A stretch of 60,862 nucleotides of DNA from assembly GCA_964419305.1 (NCBI GenBank), contig CAYQPD010000002.1, positions 1-60,862 on the forward strand, read 5' to 3'. This stretch comes from an uncultured Rhodobacter sp. (GTDB lineage Bacteria > Pseudomonadota > Alphaproteobacteria > Rhodobacterales > Rhodobacteraceae). The position numbers were made by a program, and so were the translations under genes. Below the pieces are notes generated by a model. It was not told the DNA's origin, did not search any database, and was given only the letters and a program-made list of their open reading frames with translations. Every line of letters starts with the position of its first letter. Position 1 is the stretch's first letter. Below, one piece after another: positions 16,458-26,285 of this stretch.

Positions 16458-17435
16458 ATGCGCGAAGCACAGGGCCGGGTGACACTGTGGGGTATCGAGG
16501 TCTTTCTGGCGGCCGCCGAAGAGGGCGCAATTTCCGCCGCCGCCCGGCGGCTGGGGGTCAGTTCCTCGACCGTCAGCCAGCAGTTGGCGGGGCTTGAGGC
16601 GGCGCTTGGCGCGCCCCTGCTCGATCGCGCCAGCCGCCCGATGCAGACCACCCCCGCCGGGGCGATGTTTCGCCGCCACGCCCAGACCATCCTCAACGCC
16701 GCCTCCGAGGCCCGCGCCGAACTGGCGGTGGCCGAGATGTCGGGGCTGACCACGCTGCGGCTGGGGGTGATCGAGGATCTCGATGCCAATGTGACCCCGC
16801 ACCTGCTGGCGGCGCTGGCCGAAGGTCTGCGCGGCTGCCGGTTTTTGCTGGAAACCGGGGCCAGCCACCGCCTGCTCGATCAGCTTGATGCCCGCGCCCT
16901 TGATCTGGTGGTGGCGGCCGATCTGGGGGCCGCGCCGGGCAATGATGGTGATCTGATCGAGGTCTATCCGGTGCTGGTCGAGCCTTTCGTGGTGGCCTGC
17001 CCGCGCGGCGCGATCCCCGCCGGGGCCGACATCGCCAGCGCCGTGCAGGCGCTGCCGCTGATCCTTTATTCGACCCGCCATCACATGGGGCGCCAGATTG
17101 CGGCGCATCTGGCGCGGCTGAACCTGCATCTTGCGCACCGTTTTGAGCTCGACAGCTATCACGCAATCCTTGCGATGGTCGCCGAGGGGGCGGGCTGGAC
17201 CATTCTCACGCCGCTGGCGCTGCAACATGCGCAGCGCTTTCAGGCCGGGGTGGATGTCTGGCCGCTGCCCTTTGCGCCGCTTGAACGCACGATTGCGCTT
17301 TCGGCCCGCGCCGGGGTGCTGCGCGAAGTGCCGGGACAGGTGGCGGCGCAGTTGCGCGCCCTGTTGCAGGACCAGGTGGTCGCCCCGGCGCTGGCCGCGC
17401 TGCCTTGGCTGCAGGGCAAGCTGCGGGTGCTTTAG
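16458..17435 (+). CDS. LysR family transcriptional regulator
   Basis: ORF track. N-terminal HTH FLAAAEEGAISAAARRLGVSSSTVSQQLAGLE plus a LysR substrate-binding domain. Converges on the DegT-like gene with a 4-nt overlap. Confidence 0.85.
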   Translation: MREAQGRVTLWGIEVFLAAAEEGAISAAARRLGVSSSTVSQQLAGLEAALGAPLLDRASRPMQTTPAGAMFRRHAQTILNAASEARAELAVAEMSGLTTLRLGVIEDLDANVTPHLLAALAEGLRGCRFLLETGASHRLLDQLDARALDLVVAADLGAAPGNDGDLIEVYPVLVEPFVVACPRGAIPAGADIASAVQALPLILYSTRHHMGRQIAAHLARLNLHLAHRFELDSYHAILAMVAEGAGWTILTPLALQHAQRFQAGVDVWPLPFAPLERTIALSARAGVLREVPGQVAAQLRALLQDQVVAPALAALPWLQGKLRVL

Positions 17436-18622
17436 CGCTTTACCTCGGCCGCCGCTTCGATCAGCGCCGCGGCGATGAAATCCAGCTCGGCACGCGTCAG
17501 CCGGGTCGGCAGGCGCACATCGCAGGCCCGCATCAGCATGGCGCGGGTCTGCGGCAGATCGGGAATCTCACCCAGGAACTGCCAGTTCCAGAAGGCGCGG
17601 GCGTTGTCGTCGCTCAGCCCGAACACCTGCACCGCCACCCCGCGCGCCTTCGCCGCCGCCTGGAAGGCGCGCGCTTCGGCATCGGTCTCGAACCCGACCA
17701 GATTGAACTGGATCGAATCCGGGGCGCGGACCTCGGGCGGCAGCGGCGGCGGCACCGAAAGCCACGGCGAGCCATTCAGCCGCTCGGCGACGTGATCGTG
17801 GTTGGCGCGGCCCTGCGCCACCCGCCCTGCCACTAACGGCAGTTGCGGCCGGATCACCGCCGCCGACAGGTTCTGCATCCGCAGATTGTAAAGCGGCAGC
17901 TTGTTTTGCCACAGCATGTAGCTGTTTTGCAGGCCGGGGTGCTTTTTCCAGTTGTGCTCGTAAGCGCCCGACATCAGCACCGCGCGCGCCGCCAGCTCGG
18001 GGTCGTCGGTGATCAGCATCCCGCCTTCACCGGCGTTGACCATCTTGTAGGATTGAAAGCTGAAACAGCCGATCTTGCCGATCGTGCCGATCGTGCGTCC
18101 GCCCCAGGTGGTGCCCAGCGAATGCGCCGCATCTTCGATCACCGGCACCCCGTGCGCGTCGCACAAGGCCATGATCGCGTCCATGTCCGAGGTGTGCCCG
18201 CGCATGTGGCTGATCAGCACAGCGCTGATCGACGCATCCAGCTTGGCCTTGAAATCCGCCATATCAACCCGGAAATTCGCGCCCACCTCGACCAGCACCG
18301 GCACGCAATCGGCATGCACCACCGCCGAAGGCACGGCGGCAAAGGTGAAGGCGGGGATCAGCACCCGCGCCCCGCGCGGCAGCTCCAGCGCCTTGAGCGC
18401 CAGAAACAGCGCCGACGAACAGCTTGAGACCGCCAGCGCGTAATGCGACCCCATCAGCGCGGCAAACTCGGCTTCCAGCAGCGCCACGGGTGACGCACTC
18501 GGCGCGGTATAGCGAAACAGATCGCCGGTTTGCAGCAAGCGGTCGATCTCATGGCGCGCCGATGGTGGGATCGGCTCGGCATCATAGACGTTCGGGGCGA
18601 GGGTTTGGCCGTCGGGTGCCAT
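17432..18622 (-). CDS. DegT/DnrJ/EryC1/StrS family PLP-dependent aminotransferase
   Basis: ORF track. EDAAHSLG, and FSFQSYKMVNAGEGG containing the PLP lysine. Confidence 0.8.
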   Translation of the reverse strand: MAPDGQTLAPNVYDAEPIPPSARHEIDRLLQTGDLFRYTAPSASPVALLEAEFAALMGSHYALAVSSCSSALFLALKALELPRGARVLIPAFTFAAVPSAVVHADCVPVLVEVGANFRVDMADFKAKLDASISAVLISHMRGHTSDMDAIMALCDAHGVPVIEDAAHSLGTTWGGRTIGTIGKIGCFSFQSYKMVNAGEGGMLITDDPELAARAVLMSGAYEHNWKKHPGLQNSYMLWQNKLPLYNLRMQNLSAAVIRPQLPLVAGRVAQGRANHDHVAERLNGSPWLSVPPPLPPEVRAPDSIQFNLVGFETDAEARAFQAAAKARGVAVQVFGLSDDNARAFWNWQFLGEIPDLPQTRAMLMRACDVRLPTRLTRAELDFIAAALIEAAAEVKR

Positions 18623-18769
18623 GTGCGGTTTTCCTGAAACTCTTGTTCAGGAAAGCTTTAATATCCCGCGCTGTGCTGCGCCAGTGAAAATTATATGACC
18701 GGTCATTATCCGCCCGGCAGCGGTGCCTTGCAGAGGCGCCGGATGGATATTTGAACCAGTAAGAAAGGC

Positions 18770-20071
18770 TCAGAGCCCGAGCCGGTCGCGCAGGGCATAC
18801 CAGGTCATCGCCAGCACCAGCAGCGGGGCGCGCAAGGTCGGCCCGCCGGGAAAGCGCGGCTGCGGCAGCGCGGCCATCAGATCAAAATGTTCGGCCTGAC
18901 CGGCAATCGCTTCGGCCATCACCTTGCCCGCCATGGTGGCCAGCGCCACCCCGTGGCCCGAGTAACCCGAAGCCGACAGCACATTGGGCTGCGGGCGGGC
19001 AAAGCACGGCAGCCGGTTCATGGTGATCGCCAGGGTGCCACCCCAGGCATAGTCGATGCGGGTATCAGCAAGTTGGGGATAGACTTGCAGCATCGGCTTG
19101 CGCACGGTGCGGATGATGTCGGGAAAGCGGTAGCCGTAGCTTTCACCGCCGCCGAACAGCAGGCGGTTGTCATCCGACAGCCGCCAATAGTTGACCACGA
19201 ACCGGCTGTCGGCCACCGCCACCGGTTTGGCCAGGATGTCGCGGGCGCGGGTGCCCAGCGGTTCGGTCGCGATGATGAAATTGTTGATCGGCATCACCCG
19301 TGCCGCCACCTTGGGCTCAAGCCCGCCGAGATAGCCGTTGCAGGCCAGGATCACGTGATCCGCCTGCACCCGGCCTTGGTCGCTGTGCACCACCGGCTTT
19401 GCGCCAGGATCAATGCGCTGCACCGGGCTGGCCTCGAAGATCCGCACCCCGGCGCGCGCGGCGGCCTGGGCCAGACCGATCGCAAGGTTCAGCGGGTGGA
19501 CGTGGCTTGCGCCCCAATCGACCTCGCCGCCCTGATAGGCGGTTGATCCGACCAACGCGCGCAGACCGGCGCGGTCGAGCGGCTCGATCTGCTGGTAGTC
19601 GTAGTCGCGGCGCAGTTTCTCGGCGTAGGCATGAATGGCGCGCACTTCGGCGTCGGAGCGGCAGGCGTGGGCCACCCCGGGGTGCAGGGTGCAGGGCATG
19701 GCGTGAGCCTTGATCAGGTCGCAGAGCAGCGCCTTGGCATCTTCGGCCAGTTCCCACAGGCGATGCGCCGACGTAAAGCCCACCATCTTTTCCAGCACGT
19801 CCTGATCCAGCCGCTGGCCCGACCCGACCTGCCCGCCGTTGCGCCCCGAGGCCCCAAAACCCACCCGGTGGGCTTCCAGCAGCACCACGCTGAAGCCGCG
19901 CCCGGCCAGATGCAGCGCCGCCGACAGGCCGGTGTAGCCGCCGCCCACCACGCAGACATCGGCCCGGGTCTCGCCCGCCAGCGGCGCAAACCGGGCCAGC
20001 GGGGCGGCGGTGGCCGCGTAATACGAGGCCGGGTATTCGCCGGCGCGATCATTGGCGTAAAGCAGGTTCAT
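18770..20071 (-). CDS. FAD-dependent (DAO-family) oxidoreductase, gamma-glutamyl-amine oxidase (PuuB)-like
   Basis: ORF 18770..20101 trimmed to ATG 20071, which forms an ATGA overlap with the upstream stop (20068-20071). Dinucleotide fold VCVVGGGYTGLSAALHLAGRG. Confidence 0.8.
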   Translation of the reverse strand: MNLLYANDRAGEYPASYYAATAAPLARFAPLAGETRADVCVVGGGYTGLSAALHLAGRGFSVVLLEAHRVGFGASGRNGGQVGSGQRLDQDVLEKMVGFTSAHRLWELAEDAKALLCDLIKAHAMPCTLHPGVAHACRSDAEVRAIHAYAEKLRRDYDYQQIEPLDRAGLRALVGSTAYQGGEVDWGASHVHPLNLAIGLAQAAARAGVRIFEASPVQRIDPGAKPVVHSDQGRVQADHVILACNGYLGGLEPKVAARVMPINNFIIATEPLGTRARDILAKPVAVADSRFVVNYWRLSDDNRLLFGGGESYGYRFPDIIRTVRKPMLQVYPQLADTRIDYAWGGTLAITMNRLPCFARPQPNVLSASGYSGHGVALATMAGKVMAEAIAGQAEHFDLMAALPQPRFPGGPTLRAPLLVLAMTWYALRDRLGL

Positions 20072-21423
20072 ACGTTCAGCAGCAGATGCTCGCGTTCCCA
20101 CGGGCTGATGACCTGCTGGAACTCTTTGTATTCGTTGCGCTTGACCGAATCGTAAACGGCGCAGAATTCAGCACCCAGCACGTCTTGCAGGGCGTTGTCG
20201 GCAACCAGCAGATCGAGCGCATCGCCGAGATTGTAGGGCAGCTCGGATTGGCTCATGTAGGCGTCGCCCTGACATTCCGGCTTGGGGGCCTTGCCCTCTT
20301 TCAGGCCAAGATAACCACAGGCCAATGACGCGGCAAAGCCGAGGTAGGGGTTGCAATCCATCCCCGCCAGCCGGTTTTCCAGCCGCCGCGCCTCGGGGTC
20401 CGAGATCGGCACGCGCAGGCCGGTGGTGCGGTTGTCGCGACCCCATTCGAGGTTGATCGGGGCCGAGAAATCCGGGACATAGCGGCGATAGCTGTTCACA
20501 TACGGGGCCAGCAGCGCCACCGCCCCCGGCAGGTGGTTCTGCATGCCCGCGATGAAGTGCCCGAACGCCTCGGTTTCGGCCCCCTTGCGGTCGCTGAAGA
20601 TATTGCGGCCGGTTTTCACATCGACCACCGAGTGGTGGATATGCATCGCCGAGCCGGGTTCGTTTTCGATCGGCTTGGCCATGAAGGTGGCAAAGCAGTC
20701 GTGGCGCAGCGCGGCCTCGCGGATCAGGCGCTTGAAGAAGAAAATCTCGTCGGCCAGCCGCACCGGGTCGCCATGGGCAAGGTTGATCTCGACCTGCCCG
20801 GCCCCGCCTTCCTGCAGGATGCCGTCGATCTCGAAGCCCTGCGCCTCGGCGAAATCGTAGATGTCGTCGATCACCTTGCCGTATTCATCGACCGCGCTCA
20901 TCGAATAGGCCTGCTTGCCCGCCGCGCGCCGCCCCGATCGCCCCATCGGCGGGATCACCGGCATGTTGGGGTCAAGGTTGCGGGCAGTCAGAAAAAACTC
21001 CATCTCAGGCGCGACGATCGGTTGCCAGCCTTCCGCCCGGTAAAGCTCGACCACCCGGCGCAGCACGTTGCGCGGCGCGGTCGGCACCGGGTTGCCCTGC
21101 TGGTCCTGGGCATCATGGATGATCTGCACCGTCACATCCGCCGTCCACGGCGAGGCGGTGGCGGTGCTGAAATCGGGGACCAGCAGCATGTCGGGTTCGG
21201 TGAAGGCACCGGACGGATTGTCGGCCCACTCGCCGGTGATGGTCTGCAGGAAAATCGAGTTGGGCAGGAAGAAGAACGCCTGCTTGGCAAATTTCGAGGC
21301 CGGCATGGCCTTGCCGCGCGCCACCCCGGCGATATCGCCAACGATGCACTCGACCTCGTCAAGACGGCGGCCGGCGATGTAGTCGCGGGCGGCTTCGGGC
21401 AGTTTATCGGTCCAGTCGGCCAT
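20068..21423 (-). CDS. Glutamine synthetase family protein (gamma-glutamyl-amine synthetase, PuuA-like)
   Basis: ORF 20068..21447. Start tentatively set at ATG 21423 (MADWTDK). GS catalytic motifs EMEFFL, MHIHHSV, NSYRRY and WGRDNRTTGLRV. Confidence 0.85.
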   Translation of the reverse strand: MADWTDKLPEAARDYIAGRRLDEVECIVGDIAGVARGKAMPASKFAKQAFFFLPNSIFLQTITGEWADNPSGAFTEPDMLLVPDFSTATASPWTADVTVQIIHDAQDQQGNPVPTAPRNVLRRVVELYRAEGWQPIVAPEMEFFLTARNLDPNMPVIPPMGRSGRRAAGKQAYSMSAVDEYGKVIDDIYDFAEAQGFEIDGILQEGGAGQVEINLAHGDPVRLADEIFFFKRLIREAALRHDCFATFMAKPIENEPGSAMHIHHSVVDVKTGRNIFSDRKGAETEAFGHFIAGMQNHLPGAVALLAPYVNSYRRYVPDFSAPINLEWGRDNRTTGLRVPISDPEARRLENRLAGMDCNPYLGFAASLACGYLGLKEGKAPKPECQGDAYMSQSELPYNLGDALDLLVADNALQDVLGAEFCAVYDSVKRNEYKEFQQVISPWEREHLLLNV

Positions 21424-21468
21424 GGGGCACACTTTGGTTTGCACCACTCTCGGGTGCGGGTTTAAGGT

Positions 21469-22149
21469 TCAGCCGCGCGGATGCTGAAAAAAGTCGGCAA
21501 TCCGGCGCGCAATTGCTGCGTCGTCGATCGGGGTATCCAGGCGCGCGCTCGCCGCCGCCATCAGATCGTCGGGCACCACGCCACGCCCGCGGGTCTGGAT
21601 CAGACCATCCACGAATTCGGGTTTGAATTCCGGGTGGGCCTGCACCGTGAAGGCGCGGTCGCCGTAAACCAGGGCGGCGTTCTGGCAAAAATCGTTGCAG
21701 GCCACCACCTGCGCGCTGTCGGGCACCTTTGTGACCTGATCGTGGTGCCAGGCGTTCAGGGTCAGCGTCTCGCCACCAAAATCATACTCGGTCGCGCCGA
21801 CCGCCCAGCCCGCCGGGTAAGGTTCGACCTTGCCGCCCAAGGCCTGCGCGATGATCTGGTGGCCAAAGCAGATGCCGACCAGCGGCACGCGTGCGCCGTA
21901 AACCTTGCGGATGAAATCCTCGAGCGGGGCGATGAACGGCAGGTCTTCGTAGGCGGCGTGTTTTGATCCGGTGATCAGCCAGCCCTCGGCGTCGTGCACA
22001 TCGGCGGGGAACTCCATCTCGACCACCCGCCAGGTGCGGAAGGTGAAGCCGTGGCCGTCGAGCAGCCGGGCGAACATCGCGGGGTAGTCGCCCATCGTGC
22101 CCGCCAGGGTGTCGGGGGCAAGGCCGGTTTGCAGAATGCCGATCAGCAT
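21469..22149 (-). CDS. Class I glutamine amidotransferase-like protein
   Basis: ORF track. Nucleophile elbow GICFGHQ and the His/Glu pair in VQAHPEF. Confidence 0.8.
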   Translation of the reverse strand: MLIGILQTGLAPDTLAGTMGDYPAMFARLLDGHGFTFRTWRVVEMEFPADVHDAEGWLITGSKHAAYEDLPFIAPLEDFIRKVYGARVPLVGICFGHQIIAQALGGKVEPYPAGWAVGATEYDFGGETLTLNAWHHDQVTKVPDSAQVVACNDFCQNAALVYGDRAFTVQAHPEFKPEFVDGLIQTRGRGVVPDDLMAAASARLDTPIDDAAIARRIADFFQHPRG

Positions 22150-22182
22150 GGGGTGTCCTGCGTTGGTTCAAGAAAGTCTAGC

Positions 22183-22215
22183 GCCGCGCCCCCGCATCAG
22201 ACAAGGGGGCGCGGC
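22183..22215 (-). other. GC-rich hairpin between the GS-like and GATase genes
   Basis: GCCGCGCCCCC and GGGGGCGCGGC form a perfect 11-bp stem with an 11-nt loop. No clean U-tract follows. It could be an attenuator or an mRNA-stability element. Confidence 0.35.
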
Positions 22216-22221
22216 ACGGCG

Positions 22222-23562
22222 TCAGACCGCGTCGAGATAAAGCTCAAGCTGCTCTTCCGGGCTAAGCTCGGCAATATAGTGCAGCTCTTGCCGCTTGGTC
22301 AGCACCAGATTGCGGATCAACTCGCGCGGAAAGATGCGCGGCATGATCGGACTCAATTCGAACGCGTCCACCGCCTCGGCCCAGGTTTCGGGGATCTGCG
22401 GCAGATCCTCGATCGCATAGGCGTTGCCGGTGATCGGTGGGGCGGGCTCTGCCTGATCCTCGATCCCGATCAGCGCCGCCCCCAGAATGGCGGCCAGCAT
22501 CAGGTAGGGATTCACATCGCCGCCCGCCACGCGGTGCTCGATGCGCCGGGACGCGGGGTTGCCCGCCGGGATGCGTATCGCGGCGGTGCGGTTCTCGAAG
22601 CCCCAGGAAATCGCGGTGGGCGCGTGCTTGCCCGGCACCAGGCGCTCGTAGCTGTTGGCATGGGGGGCAAAGATCAGCGCTGAATCATGCATCGCGGCCA
22701 GGCAGCCCGCTACCGCATAACGCATGATCGCGGTGCCTTTCGGGCCACCCGAATCGAACACGTTCTCGCCCTCGCCATTGATCAGCGAGAAATGGGTGTG
22801 CAGCCCCGAGCCGGAATATTCCGGGTAGGGCTTGGCCATGAACGACGCGGCAAAGCCGTGCCGCCGCGCCAGCCCCTTGACCAGCATCTTGAACAGCCAG
22901 GCATCGTCGGCGGCGCGCAGCGCGTCGTCAGAGTGCATCATGTTGACCTCGAACTGCCCCAGCCCGGTTTCCGAGGTCGAGGTATCGGCTGGAATGTCCA
23001 TCGCCTCGCAGGCGTCGTAAAGGTCGGTAAAGAAGGTATCGAAAGCATCCAGCGCCCGGATCGACAGGGTTTCGGCGGCCTTGCGGCGCTTGCCCGAACG
23101 CGGCGACAGCGGCACCTGCAATTTCTTGCCCGAATCGTCGATCAGAAAGAATTCGAGTTCCACCGCCACCACCGGGGTCAGCCCGCGCGCCTTGAACCGC
23201 TCCAGCACCGCGCGCAGGGCATGGCGCGGATCGCCTTCATAAGGCTGGCCATTTTCGCGAAACATCCAGATCGGCAGCAGCGCCGTCGGGGCTTCAAGCC
23301 AGGGCATCGGCATGAAGCCGCGCTCGGTCGGGCGCAGCACGCCGTCGGCATCGCCCTGCTCGAACACCAAGGGGCTGTCGTCGATGTCTTCGCCCCAGAT
23401 GTCGAGGTTCAGCACCGAAAACGGAAACCGGGTGCCGTCCTTGACCACCTTGTCGGCAAAGCGCGCGGGCACCCGCTTGCCGCGCGCCTGACCATTGAGG
23501 TCGGCCGCGGCCACCCGGATGGTGTGCACCTCGGGGTGTTTTCTCAGCCAGTCTTTCATCAT
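22222..23562 (-). CDS. Glutamine synthetase family protein (second GS-like paralogue)
   Basis: ORF track. Motifs ELEFFL, GLHTHFS, NSYERL and WGFENRTAAIRI. Confidence 0.85.
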   Translation of the reverse strand: MMKDWLRKHPEVHTIRVAAADLNGQARGKRVPARFADKVVKDGTRFPFSVLNLDIWGEDIDDSPLVFEQGDADGVLRPTERGFMPMPWLEAPTALLPIWMFRENGQPYEGDPRHALRAVLERFKARGLTPVVAVELEFFLIDDSGKKLQVPLSPRSGKRRKAAETLSIRALDAFDTFFTDLYDACEAMDIPADTSTSETGLGQFEVNMMHSDDALRAADDAWLFKMLVKGLARRHGFAASFMAKPYPEYSGSGLHTHFSLINGEGENVFDSGGPKGTAIMRYAVAGCLAAMHDSALIFAPHANSYERLVPGKHAPTAISWGFENRTAAIRIPAGNPASRRIEHRVAGGDVNPYLMLAAILGAALIGIEDQAEPAPPITGNAYAIEDLPQIPETWAEAVDAFELSPIMPRIFPRELIRNLVLTKRQELHYIAELSPEEQLELYLDAV

Positions 23563-23757
23563 CTCACATGAAGGCCGGGGGCTTGGCGTTCCACACCCCC
23601 GCCACGTCAGGCCAAGGGCCTGCTGGCGGGGTGGGGACCATGCCCTTGGTCCTTTCTCCCGTCTTGATCCTTCCTTCCGCGCCCGCCCGACGGGGCAGGG
23701 GATGCCGCAACCGCGACTCCGGGCGACGGCCCGGCGAATTTGATCAAATCCAGCTTA

Positions 23758-24588
23758 CTAGCGGATCACCTGTGGACGCAAGCGAATTCTGCTGCGCTGG
23801 TTCTGCGGCAGGTGGCGGTTGAGGCGGCGGTTGACCCACCCGAACAGCCAGATCACCGCCAGCGTCAGGCAGATGAAATAGAACGCCACGATCGGATAGG
23901 GGATGAAGGGGTTGAAGGTCTTGTCGGCAAAATAGTTGGCATAGTAAAGCGCGTCGCCCTGCTGGCGGAACGCCGGAAAGCCGGAAAAATAGACCAGCGT
24001 CGAGGATTGCAGCAGAAAGATTGCCTCGTTGGTATAGCCGGGCCAGCCCAGCCGCAGCATGGTCGGCCACTCGATGCGACGGAACTTGGCCCAGCCGGTC
24101 AGACCGTAAGCCTCGGCCGCTTCCAGATCGCCCTTGGGGATCGAACGCAGCGCGCCATAGAAAATCTCGGCGCTGTAGGCGGCGGTGTTCAGGAACATCA
24201 CGATCAGCGCCCCGGCCCAGGCCTTGGTCAGCCACGAGGTCTCAACCGTCAGGCCCATGAGGTTGATCCCGCTGCGCGGCAGCAGCACCAGGGTCTCGTA
24301 GGCCAGAAAGAACTGGATGAACAACGGCGAGCCACGGAACACGAACACGAACCACTCGGCCGGTTTGCGCGCCCAAGCGCTGCGGGCGTTGCGCGCCAGC
24401 GCCAGCGCATTGGCCAGGAAAAAGCCGAAGGCCAGCGCCACAAAGCCGAAATAGACGTTCCAGATCATTCCCGACCCGATCAGGGTGAACTGCTGACACA
24501 GGGTAAATTCGCTGCTTGGCAGCAGCTTTTCACCGATCCCGACCGAACGCAGCGCGTAGCCGCCGATGGTTTCCCAGCAGGTGCTCAT
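23758..24588 (-). CDS. ABC transporter permease (polar amino acid/opine family, HisM-like)
   Basis: ORF track. Multi-TM with the EAA-like region EAAEAYGLTGWAKFRRIEWP. ATGA overlap with the upstream permease gene. Confidence 0.85.
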   Translation of the reverse strand: MSTCWETIGGYALRSVGIGEKLLPSSEFTLCQQFTLIGSGMIWNVYFGFVALAFGFFLANALALARNARSAWARKPAEWFVFVFRGSPLFIQFFLAYETLVLLPRSGINLMGLTVETSWLTKAWAGALIVMFLNTAAYSAEIFYGALRSIPKGDLEAAEAYGLTGWAKFRRIEWPTMLRLGWPGYTNEAIFLLQSSTLVYFSGFPAFRQQGDALYYANYFADKTFNPFIPYPIVAFYFICLTLAVIWLFGWVNRRLNRHLPQNQRSRIRLRPQVIR

Positions 24589-25502
24589 GTCGCGGCCTTG
24601 CGCATCGCCTCGCCTGCGGCGGTGGCCTGCCCTTGCGACAGCCGCGCGGTCAACCGACCCAGCACCACCTCCGAGACCTTGGTCATCAAAAGGTAGAACA
24701 CCAGCAGCCCCAGAAAGTAGTAAATCCGCCAGTCGGGGTGCGGGTAATCATAGGCCTGGGTCTTGAAGCCGCCCAATTCGCGCGCGTAATAGACGATGTC
24801 CTTGACCGACAGCAGAAACAGCAGCGGCGTCGCCTTGATCAGGATCATCCACAGATTGGCCAGCCCCGGCAGGGCATAGGTCCACATCTGCGGCACCAGA
24901 ATCCGGCGAAACACCTGGTGGTGCGACATTCCGTAAGCCTCGCCGGTTTCCAGTTGCGCCCGTGGCACCGCCTGCATCGCGCCGTAAAGCACGTTGGTCA
25001 CGAATGCCCCGAACACGATGGCAAAGGTGATCACCGCCAGACTGAAGCCGTAGGCCTGAAAGGCAAAGGGCGAGGCCGTCGCCACCGGCACCTTGGCCGC
25101 CGGGCAGACGTGAAACTCCAGTCCCTGAAAGATCGGCTGATCCCAGCCGGGGCAGACGAACTGCTGCTTGACGATCTCGAAACCCTGATCCAGCGCGATC
25201 ACGAAGAACATGAAATAAACGATGTCGGGCACCCCGCGCACCATCGCGCTGTAACCCTTGCCCAGCCAGCGCAGGGGTGCCACGTGTGATCGTGCCGCCA
25301 CCGCGCCGCCAAAGCCCAGCACCATCGAGGCCGGGGCGGTGACCGCCAGCAACAGCAGAACGGTCACGAACGACATGTAGAAATCAAGGTGCTTGCCCGA
25401 GGTCAGGTAGCAGCCGAGCCACGTCAGGCCCTCGATCGACTTGGGGTCGGCGCAGACAGCAAACATCGGGGTAGCCCTTGGCAAAGTGAGGCCCCCGGCC
25501 AC
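24585..25502 (-). CDS. ABC transporter permease (polar amino acid/opine family, HisQ-like)
   Basis: ORF track (GTG 25502). An alternative ATG at 25466 is equally plausible. EAA-like region ETGEAYGMSHHQVFRRILVPQM. Confidence 0.8.
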   Translation of the reverse strand: MAGGLTLPRATPMFAVCADPKSIEGLTWLGCYLTSGKHLDFYMSFVTVLLLLAVTAPASMVLGFGGAVAARSHVAPLRWLGKGYSAMVRGVPDIVYFMFFVIALDQGFEIVKQQFVCPGWDQPIFQGLEFHVCPAAKVPVATASPFAFQAYGFSLAVITFAIVFGAFVTNVLYGAMQAVPRAQLETGEAYGMSHHQVFRRILVPQMWTYALPGLANLWMILIKATPLLFLLSVKDIVYYARELGGFKTQAYDYPHPDWRIYYFLGLLVFYLLMTKVSEVVLGRLTARLSQGQATAAGEAMRKAAT

Positions 25503-25526
25503 GCGGGCCGGGGAACAGTCGAAAAA

Positions 25527-26249
25527 TCAGAACTTCTGGCCTTCGGCCCCGAAGTATTTCTCGATCAGGACGTTCAGCGACCCGTCCGCCTTCATCGCGG
25601 CGATCGCCTCGTTGAGCTTGCCTTTCAGCTCTTGATCCGATTGGCGCAGGCCCAGACCGACGCCGCCACCGATCGCCACCGGATCGCCCACCACCATCAG
25701 CGCGCCGCCCGATTCCTTGACCAGCGGGTTGAGATAGTCGAAGTCGGCAAACACCGCGTCGGCCTCGCCGTTGCGCACCGCCGCCACGGTTTCATCCGGG
25801 GTCGGGAATTCCAGCAGCGTCGCACCCGAGGCCGCGATATAGGCGGCCTGGATGGTGGAAACCTGCACCGCCACCGTGCCGCTTGCGAAATTGGCGTCGG
25901 CCTTGGCCGCGACATAGACCGACGGCACCGGCGGGTAGTAGTTGTCCGAGAAGTCGATCACCTGCTTGCGCTCGTCGGTGATCGACATGCCGGCGATGAT
26001 CACGTCGTAGTTGCCCGATTGCAGGTTGGGGATGATGCTGTCCCACTCGTTGGTGGACCAGGTGCATTCCAGCGCCGCGCGCTTGCAGATCTCGTCGCCG
26101 AATTCGCGCTCGAACCCGGCGATTTCGCCCGTGTCGTCAACAAAGTTGAAGGGCGGGTAGGCACCCTCGGTGGCCAGCCGCACCACGTCGGCGGCCGCGT
26201 AGCCCGCCGTCAGCGCGATCAGGGTGGTGGCAAGAAGCAGTTTTTTCAT
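25527..26249 (-). CDS. ABC transporter periplasmic substrate-binding protein (family 3; Lys/Arg/Orn/His/opine type)
   Basis: ORF track. Signal peptide MKKLLLATTLIALTAGYAAA. EGAYPPFNF and GMSITDER motifs. Confidence 0.85.
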   Translation of the reverse strand: MKKLLLATTLIALTAGYAAADVVRLATEGAYPPFNFVDDTGEIAGFEREFGDEICKRAALECTWSTNEWDSIIPNLQSGNYDVIIAGMSITDERKQVIDFSDNYYPPVPSVYVAAKADANFASGTVAVQVSTIQAAYIAASGATLLEFPTPDETVAAVRNGEADAVFADFDYLNPLVKESGGALMVVGDPVAIGGGVGLGLRQSDQELKGKLNEAIAAMKADGSLNVLIEKYFGAEGQKF

Positions 26250-26285
26250 TGGACTCTCCCAGTTTTCAGATCAGTCATTGTGGAC

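Noticed and set aside
23563-23757. A glutamine (glnA-motif) riboswitch on the mRNA strand, or a cuckoo/CcsR-type CU-rich sRNA on the opposite strand, in the spacer upstream of the GS-like gene.
   Set aside because: There is no CGUUC...GGAAGUAGG...GAACG framework for the glutamine riboswitch. The CU-rich + strand tract (CCUUUCUCCC, CCUUCCUUCC) is not the CCUCCUCCC loop motif and is not in tandem hairpins.
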